This document shows, in pieces, positions 14,601 to 24,527 of a stretch of DNA of 64,000 nucleotides. A program made the translations under genes and the position numbers. This DNA is from Lingula anatina (lineage: Eukaryota > Animalia > Brachiopoda): contig CM120645.1 in NCBI GenBank assembly GCA_051362555.1, positions 10,540,001 through 10,604,000 on the forward strand, given 5' to 3'. Each line of letters starts with the position of its first letter. The stretch's first letter is position 1. The notes beneath the pieces are model-generated. The model was not told the origin of the DNA, made no database searches, and was given only the letters and a program-made list of their open reading frames with translations.

Positions 14601-17600
14601 ATTATTCTATCCTACTTATTCCATTAATTTATTTACATTTTATACAAAAAGACTGAATTACCTTGAATTTCTTCATCGTCTTCGGAGGCGGCATACACCG
14701 TGGACGCCTTCTCCCAGTCCTCGATCGTCTCGCCTTTAGCCAGGGGAATGAATTTCTTCAGAAAATTCACGTCACCCCCGCTCTCCTGGAACTGCCTGTA
14801 CTCCTCTTCCGTCATCAAGATGGTCTTCTCCACCAGCTTCCCGCTTTTAGTGCGGATGTAAGTTTTTACCACTTTCATTGGCTTCGGTTCTGGCTTTTGC
14901 CAGGACTCGATCTTCTCGCCTTCACCAACGGACATGTATTTTCCTAGAACACTGGCGGGGTCGCCCCCTCTCCTGGTGATTTCCTGGAGTTTTTCGTAAT
15001 CCTCTTTAGAAACCATGATCGTTTTCTCAATAAGCCTACCGCTTTTTGTTCTAACGTATGTTTTAATGGTCTTCATCTCAGCCTCTCCCCACCCGTCAAT
15101 TTTCTCCCCTGGTTTCGTTGTCACGTACTTCTTAAGAATATCTCTGGCGTCTGAGCCTCCTTGTTTGATTCTGTCATAATCCTCCTTTGAGACATATACC
15201 AAGCGTTCAACAAGTTTCCCACTTTTGGTTCGTATAAAAGTTTTAATAGCCTTCACTTCGTCTTTGTCCCACTTTTCCAGCCCGCCTGCTTCCTCTTTGG
15301 TCAGGTACTTTTTGAGAATGTCGGCCGCCGCCTTTCCGCCACCGCCAGCCTTGAACGCCTGGTAGTCCTCCTCCGACATGAAGATCACTCGTTCTATTAA
15401 CCGGCCACTTTTTGTGCGGATGTAAGTTTTGATTGCTCTCACGGCTGAAAAAATAAAACATTGTCAAATTAAAATATGTCACTTTGGCACTTTTCTGTTA
15501 AATTCTCGATTTCAAGGTGAGTTAACTTTTGATATTAAGATTGCTGTTTTTTATCAGATCAATGTAAGTCGAGTGCTGAATATTATAACAGAAATAAAAA
15601 AAAAGCTTCATAACTTCATAATGCAATGAACCAATTATGTTGACGAGCACTAATCTTTTGTATCAATAATAAATAATTTACTTTTCAAAAAAAAAAAAAA
15701 AAACATACTTTTCTCTTCTATTGCCTCAAGCCTCTGCCTACGAAGTAGTTCTTCGAATTGCTGAAAAAAATCACATGTATTTAATATAGATGTAAGCGCA
15801 TTCTGTCTCTCTTTTACTCATTAATTTTATTAGAGGAAGGACATAGTTATAGATGGGTATGTGCATATACAACAGCAGGGGATAATCGGATTTGTTTTTA
15901 CTATTGTGGAATTTGCTATAGTAATTAAAAAAATTGCTGAGAAGAGTGAACTATTTCCTTAAAGTAACGCAGCAAGTGCACTTTTTAAACTCATGCACGC
16001 ATGACAGCATCTGTAATCAAGTGAAGCGTGTTTTAAATGATTTATGCTCCCCCCTCAGTGAAAATAAACATGCACGTGCCCCGTGGGCTACACATTACAG
16101 TGTTCACTTAGACCCTAAGGCGGTACTGACAAAAATTGAATCGGCGAAATTAAAAAAAGGCGAACTATAATAAATTATGTTGTTGCGACGCATTAATAAA
16201 GGACGTAATCATCTGTATGTAAATCATTTTTCTAGTCTCTTTTCTTAACATGAAACAAGCGTGTACGACCTAGTCGATCGTCAGCAGACACTTCATGTAA
16301 TGTGAAAGCTGGATGCATTTGATAAGTAATTAAACCCAAATAACGAAATATATCGTCATGAAACAGTTATTTCATTTGGGCAAATCAGACTCACCCTGGC
16401 TTCAATTTCGTCCAGCATACTTTTCAAGTACCAGTAACTGTGTCTGTAGCCGCCGCCGACACGAATATACTTGTGCTGAAATGATAAGGCAACATGGTTA
16501 AAAGAGCGTAGAGAAACACATTTTAAAATGTTTGTGAAAGAATATGAACATTTTATATCTTGCCGAAAAACTTTTTCGCAAGTACGGTATATTAGTCTGC
16601 TCGTTCATATTTTGATTAACGATTATAAGCGCTCAAATGAGACATTATTTTTTAGAACAGCTGTTTTGGACATATTATTTTCATCCTTGAAAATTAGGCA
16701 ATCATACTTATTGCAGTTTATTATTAGTTGTTACGCAATTCGTTTTTTATTTGTTTTTGAGCATTAAGGTTGCGCTTATTTCCTAGCTGCGACTCTGTTA
16801 TTTGGCCTTTAGGCAGTCAAGCCTCGTTGTACACGGAGTAATATTACACCACATGTCAATATGCAGATGTCATTATACCCTCTCAGAAATAAGAGATGTA
16901 ACTCCTTGACATTTACCCTTCTTTTTTATGACACAACATGATCAAGATTTCTGCTCAAACAAATCACTCAAAATTGTCGATAGATGTATAAAGGCCCGAT
17001 GTTGGGCGTCGTGCGTGTAGAGTATATAGTCGAATGGAATTAGAGTGCGGATGGGTTCGGGTTGTACAAGTTTACTGAACGTGATGGTACTGTTAAAAAG
17101 CTTGATATAAATTATTAGGCTCGACGGTACCGAATTTTAAGTAGACATTTACTACAGAGTTGGAAGACATCTTTTACAATTAGATGTATATCAGCAACAT
17201 TTTACCTATGATCTTGTATACTCAGCCAAACGACACAACAGACTACAGTACTGTACTTGCTTTCTCAAAGTGTTACACAACAGAACATTGCGTTACAAAA
17301 TCCCCCTCCCTACCCAACCCCTCTTGTTAAAACGTTAGAAATATTGGCGCTCTCCCTGGGGTCGATTCCTTTCTACGTTTATGTCTTATGTATATATCTA
17401 ATAACTGAACAATTATGGGCATGCATACGACTTATTATGAAAACAAGTCATGAATCTGCTCCCCCCCTCCCGATCGGTTTTTATCTCTTAAGAACCACCA
17501 CACGCACATCGGCTCTTCAATCCCCGGCACATCATTCACGCTATCGTCTATCCTCTAGGTTTACACGCACTAGAATTGATCAGTGTGCTTAAAGATTTAT

Positions 17601-20600
17601 GAAAATAACAAATATTTCAATCACAAGGCGGTCGTCCCCTGCGTCATCATTCCCCTGGTGACTGCGGTGCATTACGCCATAGCACTCCCAAAGTAAAGAT
17701 AGCTAGGGCGATCGTTTAGACGCGTGTCATCTTATACGGCTTCCATCCTTAAGCAAATACACTGAACGTGAGCCTTTTCACGCACGCGGAATTATTAATA
17801 TGCTAGATAACAGCTTGCTCGTTTAGGCCGAAACCGTTTTCTTTCAGCGCAAATTGACATAATTGGACTTGATGATCTGAATGTCGCGGGGGTAAAGAGC
17901 TGAAATGGCGCCAAGATTCGGTTTATTTGCTCTCAAATCATGGGTACAAAAGAAATTACAAAAAATATGTTAAGCTACTGAAAGAAACTGTGATGGCAGT
18001 GCGATGGGGCTAGAAAAAGATGAGTTGTTAAGTGCAGTATTTAAAACCCGTTTCAGTGGAAATAAGTAGGCCTTACTAAATCCTAGCTATCAGAGCAAAC
18101 TGTATTATTAAGTTTAGTTCACAACGAAGAGCTAATCTAATCCCTTCGCTGTCCCACTACCGCCGCTATGGTGCCGGTCCTCAGACTGCTGAGTGGGGCC
18201 GGCCCAAGTTGACCTTATCAAGCACCTTAGGAAAAAGTTTTGCACCTTTGATACTTACTCCAACACATTTGCTGTGTGGCACCTTTAACATACACTTCAA
18301 GCACTCTTCAGATGACGTCTGAAATCAAAATAATCACAAATGATTAATAATAAAGCAGCAAGCAAACGAAAACAAACCTATCTTGAACGCGAGATAACTT
18401 TTTCTTCTAGCTATGTTACTTGCGGATAAGAGAGAATATATATCATCATTCAAACACATACTTATCAGGGGCTTGTGAAAACTATTCTAGCATTATATTA
18501 TTTGCCAATATAAAGCTACCAGGTATTGTTATTCAATTTTTCAATGGATTAAGAAAGAACACCAAGTTAAACTTGGTATTTGGGCTCGCATGATATGCCC
18601 TAGCAACGGACGATACAAATAAATTTCAACATCAACTTGGAGAGGGGTTCAGCTAGACGGTAATGCAGAAGTGCCCCTCACAGTGGCAATATACTACGTA
18701 ATCTCCCGGCAACGTAGGCATTTGGTGTTTACCCTTTTTACAAGCCATGGCACCTAGTTTACTGGTTTAATGTAACCACTGAGTATTTCTTATTCAACTG
18801 TGAGATGATGTTCCCTGTTGTTTTACAGGCAGTCAGTTTGTCATTACTTCAATATTGAGACTTTTTGCAGGCGTACATGTATGCTTACATTTATCCATAT
18901 TATATTATAGAAGTACATAACATTTTAAGTCCTTTAAACGTCCTCTCCTTCTCTCTCTCTCTATCTCTCTCTCTCCCTCTCTCTCTCTCTCTCTGACACA
19001 CAATAACAAACAAACAAACAAACACACATACACACGTAACGCACACAAGGCACGCGCGCACAAACACACGCACGAACAACGAGCGAGCACATACACACAC
19101 GCGTGCGCACGCACACGTATACAGACGATCACCGTGTCTACCTACCCTGTACAATTCCGCTGCACTTTGACTCCTATAGTGATTAGTATACCTGGATATA
19201 ACATCTTCGTTATTCCTCTGTAAAACATAATACAACAGATTTTGAAATAATTATATCACTTCTTGTTTACATGTATGTGCCAAGAAAGGGTATTCTAAAC
19301 ACCATATTTTATTTAATGTCATACCAGTGTATGCTTTTATAATGTATTAACAGGTGCCAAGTAATTGATTATGGATACGAAAGAAAACTGACCATAGAGT
19401 TATATTTTATACGTTGTCATCAGAGGCATCCAGAATGAAGTTGTATTATTTGACGTGATGTTCATTTAATCTGCATTCTACGGTTCTATATAAACATTGG
19501 TTGCCAGGACTGTGTCCTTAACAAATGTGGTATATGCCTGCTGTATTATGATTAACGTGTATTATGGCTTACTCTAGACTGTTAAAGTATGGACCAACCC
19601 TACTTTCTTTGCGATATCACAAAAAAAGATGCTATATGATACGTATCGGCAACAAAAATATTTAAAGTCAATATTCTATTACTCCCAGTTCATAGCGGGT
19701 CATGCGTCGGGCTTTAAGATTTCAATACAATAATCAAAGTCACGAAAACAATGACGAGACTGGTGGAAGTATATTTCAATTTAACCTCGGTTGCCCGGAT
19801 GAGGTCACGGAAAATATGTAACGTGACACTGCAGCATCTTATAAAACACTCCGAAATATGAAGCTGTCTTCATCAGTAAATGTTTTACGCCAGGGCCCCA
19901 AGCTGCCATAGAACGCTAATCAAGTTCGTCATACCGGAAAACAATAGCCGCACTGTTGCCGATTTGTTCCGCCCCGGCAATCCCATTCTCATTTTTCTAT
20001 GACCTCTGTATGGAGGTCGCAGATGGAGGAGGTATGTAAAACACCTTTAACAAAAACAATCCACCTGCCACACTGAACAGGTAAAAACAGGTTGCTAAGT
20101 CCGCTGCCACTAGTTTGTTTACATGTTAGTAGAATTTGCTGTTTATCTTGTTGCGCTAAAAAAACTCATTATTATTTTTTCGGCATTCCCTTTTTTATAA
20201 GCATTCCCTCTTGACAATATTCTTTTGAAATAAAGATTGTAAAATATTTGAGGTCCTCGTCGTCTTTGATTCATCAGTATTTTTTTCGTCAGATTTAAAG
20301 ATTACTTTTGTGTATATATTTACATAAACCTAGATGCTATTTTCCTCTATCTACGTGTACATCTATGAACTTATACATGCAGAATCATAGATAGTGCTCA
20401 CATACCCTCGGTAGCTAGAAAAGTAATAAAGGCACATTTACTTGCTTCACAACTTAAACTGCTTATTTCTTAACTCTAGTGTAACCAGCACCCTATCCAA
20501 TGACAACAAAACTTATTCCCAGTTGCTTCATTTGATACTTTTTTCATGCATGTCAAGTTTTAATCATCCTATATGAGATTATATGAATCGGGGCGTGACT

Positions 20601-23600
20601 GAACTGCAGCGTATTCATGGGTTCGTGTCCCGCCCGTGTCCTCCCCCCCCCCCCCCCCCCCGCACCCACACGCTCGTTCTCTTCTTACCGTTTTTAGAGA
20701 AGGGAGTTTCTGACTCCACGCAGATGCTGGGCGGCCAGGCCTCACGGGAGCTCGCAGGATACAATAATCTAGAAAAAAAAATACAGAGAGAAATTTAGTA
20801 AAAAACTTAAATTAAAAGTGCATATTGATATGTCGTCGTAATTTAATTTTTGCTATAAATTTGCACATGATTACATTGTCAACCGAGAATGTTCTTATCA
20901 GAAAAGGTTGTCAATAAGATGCAAGAGCCTACCGTTAGTTCACTGTACTGCATTTTAAACTGATGGCATAAGAGCGCAGTCTATATTTATGTTTTCCTTT
21001 CATCATAGAGTACATGTTATGTAATAGGGAGGACTTTTCTCTTCAAAATATTTTGTAACTTCAGGTCGTACAGATGAGAGGCACAATCAGGCAGGCACAA
21101 CTGCTATTTTCAAAAAAAGATATAGAAGAAAAAATTTTTTTTTCAATCTTAGAATTGATTTTAAAAAAACTGCCCGGCGTCTCTCCGGTCTTGAGCAAAT
21201 GACGGTTTTGAACGCCACGTTTCTCCAATGTCCAATTTCTATTTCAAACTGAACCAATAGCCTCAAGAGAATAACCTTTCCGGTTATTTTGAATCCTTCT
21301 CCCAACACCTCGCGATATTGTTTGTGTTGAACTGAACACACTGATCACGAAGGTCCGTTTTATTTATTATCGTGTCATATGTCGGGGCGATGTTGACAAA
21401 ACAAAGAACACATATAGATAATGGATAAAATGTGGACTTGTGATTCAACGTCGTGAACACAGAGCGCGGTTATATAGACATAATGATCGTTAAATTGCCT
21501 CGGTGCGAAGATAATGAAACTGTATATATGCACATTTTATATAAATTAGCCTGTTTCGTGTTTAAACACTAGCACTGAAAATCTATTGAAAGCCACACTG
21601 GATTTGATACCGAAAAAGCGTATCAGTCAGAAATAATTCAGATAAACAGAAGTCTGCGTCTAAACTAAATTACTATTGACTGGTCATATCCTCCGTGCAC
21701 TACCCGCCAATTACTGGACAAACACTTTACGCCGATATTGCAATTCTGTAAGTTTCCTGCGAGGATTGCACCATTTGTTTACTTCAGTAAAAAAGTTTTT
21801 ATGGGATTTGTTGATGGATAAGATTTCATATAAACAAGAAAAATACGAAAGAAGTCGATTACAATGTGACACATCCCTGTTGTTATTAAGTTTACCTGTT
21901 TATATAACTTATTTATATACGTGTATTTCCAAAAATGAGGGCAAAGAAAATTATTTTTGAACAAAAAAGGAAGGGAAAAAACATGTTTGTGAGATGAAAC
22001 GACAGTCAGCTTTTGTGGACAACTTTGACGTGATTTAGGGGACGTGATTTAGGGGACTTGTCACACATCGATGACCGTATGATGTTAAACCGCATCGCAC
22101 TTCTCCATTGTTACGGATGATAGCAATGCTAACAATGTACTCAATAAAGCGCAATCAACGGAATATTGTATCAATTCATCATAACTTGTCTTTGTTTCAA
22201 CTTCATAATTGCAAATATAAGTTATAATTAAATCAACTTCTCGTTGCTTCCTCGAGTTTGTTATCATCCTTGTTAACGAGCAGATTGATTAAGAAAACGC
22301 GACACGGCTCCACGCCGGATTGTGCATGTATCGATCCCACTTCCCCTCTCGCAAAGAGACTTATGACTTTGCTATTGTGACAAATAACAACACCATTGAG
22401 TTTCATAGCAGTGATTTTCTGCCTATTTTACTTCACCCGAACCTCTTCGCGTTGACTTACGAAGTAATTATCGACTTCACGTCTTGGCGAGCACGCATCT
22501 CGCCCTTAACACATGGGGTCTTGTTGATAACGTTAGCTCTTTGCTTTTTTCTCCGCTTAGACTTAAATTGAAATGCGTGATATTAAATAACCAGTGTTGG
22601 GAAAAGACGCCTTATTGTTGGTTTAGTGGCTAATTTGAATTTGGGTCCTCCACAGTAGAAACTACCTAACAACTAATGTCGTACTAAAAAGAGGGGTGTA
22701 ATTCTATCCGTAAATTTAAAAAGGCACGCTTTTTTCTCCTAGTCTAACGAATCCATTTAGTGTACTTATTTACACGGGAAATGTACCTAAAATGTAACCG
22801 TTAAAACACTCGTTTCCATGGCAAATGATATATCAAGTTTCAATTTGATTTATTTTCAGGGCGTAAGCGGTTTGTCACGTACGTTGAAATAAAATGTATC
22901 TTTTAAAAAAATGAATAATCACAGGCATAAAGAATATGAAATTGTGTCTCTGTATGTGTGTGTCTGTGTGTGTGTGTGAATTCAACAGCAGGTACGGGAT
23001 CATTTGTTTCCGATTTGCCGTCTAAAGTCCATGCAAAATTTATTGAGTGTGGAAACAGAAATAGGTTAAGTTGAACTCCTCTTTGATCCGCTGCATTATC
23101 GCTTTCTTAACCGCTGACTTAATGTCTCGATTTGGGGTGAAGCTTTTGATCGGTCTAGTTACCTTTTTATTGCTAATCCATACATTTACCTCAAGGAGCC
23201 ACCGAAACCAGCGGATTTTTTTTATTATCCAAAACATCCTGCGTCTGGTGATGCACACGCGACAACGGACAGTAAATGATTCCATAAATTGGTTGTCGAC
23301 GATATTTTTTTTTTTCGATTTGCTTCGTCTGATTTGTTTTTAAAAAGGTCATTTTGGGTGGCAAGAGCTAAAAATAATACTTGACAAACCACCATCACCT
23401 GTGTTTCTCTATTACAGCCATCACGTCTACGGCGTTCGAAGGGCGGGTTTAGAGTGAAGCGGAGGCTGCCTTGCTTGCACGTACAACAAGCACTTAATCA
23501 ATTGGAGTGCACTTTGTTAATTTGAACATAGTCCGCAGAGACGCAGGGGAGAAACAGGATAAGAATAGAACGCCTTCTGTTGGTTTAGATGCAGTTTAAA

Positions 23601-24527
23601 TCTGATTGATCGAAGTTTGGCCGCGTCCACAGAGTACAGACTGTCAGTGTCACTGATTCCCAGAATAATGACTAATGCTTCTTACACAGATTTGGAAATT
23701 GATAAAACTGACATACTGTCAAGTGCCATCTGAGAAAATTTAACTTGTATTCTGTACTTGAGTAATTTGGTAAGAATATTAACGTAAGTTTTTTTGTAAC
23801 GTGATGCCAGTCATCCATGACGCTGCTCCCATACAGAAAGCTACCTAGTTACGCTACAACAATATGGCCGTCCGATGTGTGTTAAATGCTGATAACCAAA
23901 TATTTAAATGGTCGTTCTTCCTAAGTTATCCAGCACGAGTAAAATATGTCAATTACAATTCCGCTGAAATTTATTCGTAATTTTAAATCACTGCGGTGCA
24001 AGTGTGTGCCATTTCTGAACGAAGAAAAAAAAAACTAAATTATTACAGTCTACTGCTCATCATAAACTCTTGTGTAACTGCAGCCGACTTAAAGCATTAA
24101 TAGTCTGCTAAATTTATTTGCGGTGACAGCTGTACATGCAGACGTTTTGCATGAGACATAATAGGTGTTCTTAATAGTAGTAAGCCATGAAGATATAGTT
24201 TTTTATCTCCTGGGTTAAAAAACAACGAAAAACAAACACAAGATTTAACATGCTGTATACGGGTTGAGGGGGGGCACGCAGAAAAAGAGACTTACCGTAG
24301 CTACCGTGTCCAAACGCCGTCGCAGCTGGTCGCCTTGAGAAACACGATGAACTCTCCGAGCTCGAGGGTCGAGACTCGTAGATCCTGGGGGATGGACTCG
24401 GGGTGTGGTACCTGGGACTCCTGGCGTTCATCCCGTGTCCCTGCCCCGACGGTCGCGGTGTGTTAGGAACACTGTGAGAGCGCGGACTCCGTCCGATGGG
24501 TGGCAAGTTCGATAAAAAATCCGCCAT
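2587..24527 (-). CDS. Gene 1 (whole model): 22-exon, ~1394-aa uncharacterised Lys/Glu/Ser/Gly-rich protein with internal repeats and C-terminal EF-hand-like region
   Basis: Exons 24527-24296, 20768-20689, 16475-16395, 15760-15709, 15444-14662, 14250-14163, 13899-13157, 10433-10037, 9760-9623, 8870-8794, 8541-8444, 7623-7567, 6804-6765, 6508-6410, 6138-5975, 5637-5508, 5266-5138, 4922-4807, 4451-4291, 3874-3658, 3176-2899, 2611-2587. All introns are GT-AG and phases match at every junction. Total 4185 nt from ATG to TAG with no internal stop. Confidence 0.88.
2899..3176 (-). CDS. Gene 1 exon 21 (ISFLDYILYIPLFLSMHDNICDDPL...KRD)
   Basis: ORF 2895..3236; TTTCAG acceptor, GTAAGT donor. Confidence 0.9.
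3658..3874 (-). CDS. Gene 1 exon 20 (DVSRHLLEICNLADIERKMDLY...PNIFGE)
   Basis: ORF 3595..3819; TTTTAG acceptor, GTAATA donor. Confidence 0.9.
4291..4451 (-). CDS. Gene 1 exon 19 (EARLGLDGIP...TFRMFAVVTALCERVTKM)
   Basis: CACCAG acceptor, GTGAGT donor, phase 0/2. Confidence 0.9.
4807..4922 (-). CDS. Gene 1 exon 18 (DSGIDYLHHYRL...FCVEDQDYDAVINNN), EF-hand-like loop
   Basis: TTTCCAG acceptor, GTAAGT donor; loop DQDYDAVINNNE spans the exon 18/19 junction. Confidence 0.88.
5138..5266 (-). CDS. Gene 1 exon 17 (LRGTRRTNVLMRKGG...DLDEK)
   Basis: TTTCAG acceptor, GTAAGA donor, phase 1/1. Confidence 0.88.
5508..5637 (-). CDS. Gene 1 exon 16 (EKFGDHIKITEKG...DLDTDT)
   Basis: CTTTAG acceptor, GTATGT donor, phase 0/1. 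Confidence 0.88.
5975..6138 (-). CDS. Gene 1 exon 15 (DEESDGDYFEVDEHGNVKL...ITRLLK)
   Basis: ORF 5969..6160; TTTCCAG acceptor, GTATGA donor. Confidence 0.9.
6410..6508 (-). CDS. Gene 1 exon 14 (DAEGNLIGTKKVKKVLGKDGKYYRRGEPGAPET)
   Basis: ATACAG acceptor, GTAAGG donor, phase 1/1. Confidence 0.86.
6765..6804 (-). CDS. Gene 1 exon 13 (GGNDEEYDIEYEY)
   Basis: TTGCCAG acceptor, GTAGGT donor, phase 0/1. Confidence 0.82.
7567..7623 (-). CDS. Gene 1 exon 12 (IRDKDGNIIKRIVRKKGGK)
   Basis: CTTTAG acceptor, GTGAGT donor, phase 0/0. Confidence 0.85.
8444..8541 (-). CDS. Gene 1 exon 11 (GDYVIGSDGKLRKKKKG...EVSVEI)
   Basis: TTTTAG acceptor, GTAAGT donor, phase 1/0. Confidence 0.87.
8794..8870 (-). CDS. 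Gene 1 exon 10 (WGGKGKGKKGRKYKDGNEADDESDE)
   Basis: TTTTAG acceptor, GTAAAG donor, phase 2/1. Confidence 0.86.
9125..9438. mobile_element. MITE-like element with internal ~30-35 bp tandem repeats (GAAAATAAAAGGCGTGGAGTTTACGAGCAAAT variants)
   Basis: Terminal inverted 8-mer ACCACTGC...GCAGTGGT around about six repeat units at 9190-9425. Confidence 0.6.
9623..9760 (-). CDS. Gene 1 exon 9 (NKKRAKERLEKEKYQSM...GMGHD)
   Basis: TTTTTAG acceptor, GTACGT donor, phase 2/2. Confidence 0.87.
10037..10433 (-). CDS. Gene 1 exon 8 (ETDSDEDSS...KGGKGGKG...EEMVAKAE), with charged coiled-coil-like end
   Basis: ORF 10033..10464; TTCCAG acceptor, GTAATA donor, phase 1/2. Confidence 0.9.
13157..13899 (-). CDS. 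Gene 1 exon 7: Ser/Tyr plus basic-tract repeats (SxYSYxSxxxxGGT...)
   Basis: ORF 13047..13937; TTTACAG acceptor, GTAAGT donor, phase 2/1. Confidence 0.92.
14163..14250 (-). CDS. Gene 1 exon 6 (AAKPGTRIIGKDGEIYEIVEDPITGKKFK)
   Basis: TTTTAG acceptor, GTAAGG donor, phase 1/2. Confidence 0.88.
14662..15444 (-). CDS. Gene 1 exon 5: four tandem ~60-aa KTYIRTKSG repeats
   Basis: ORF 14633..15442; TTTTTCAG acceptor, GTAATT donor; clear internal protein repeats. Confidence 0.93.
15709..15760 (-). CDS. Gene 1 exon 4 (QFEELLRRQRLEAIEEK)
   Basis: TTTTTTTCAG acceptor, GTATGT donor, phase 0/1. Confidence 0.85.
16395..16475 (-). CDS. Gene 1 exon 3 (HKYIRVGGGYRHSYWYLKSMLDEIEAR)
   Basis: TTTCAG acceptor, GTGAGT donor, 81 nt, phase 0/0. 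Confidence 0.82.
18950..19115. repeat. Compound microsatellite (CT)n/(CAAA)n/(CA)n
   Basis: Directly visible. Confidence 0.9.
20689..20768 (-). CDS. Gene 1 exon 2 (DYCILRAPVRPGRPASAWSQKLPSLKT)
   Basis: Acceptor TTTTTTTTTCTAG, donor GTAAGA; bridges phase 1 to phase 0. Confidence 0.78.
22812..22825. promoter_or_regulatory. RFX X-box-like motif GTTTCCATGGCAAA in intron 1 of gene 1
   Basis: 12/14 match to the palindrome GTTGCCATGGCAAC; function not shown. Confidence 0.35.
24296..24527 (-). CDS. Gene 1 exon 1 (MADFLSNLPPIGRSPRS...GHGSY), Ser/Pro/Arg-rich
   Basis: ATG at 24527 in ACGATGG context; donor GTAAGT; ends in phase 1, matching exon 2. Confidence 0.8.

Noticed and set aside
18173-18203. 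GC-rich hairpin GCCGGTCCTCAG...CTGAGTGGGGCCGGC
   Set aside because: Isolated; no tRNA, ribozyme or miRNA features could be supported.
18900-19235. ORFs rich in CV/RE/YI/I runs (also near 26932, 28462, 39462, 40602)
   Set aside because: Translations of microsatellites.
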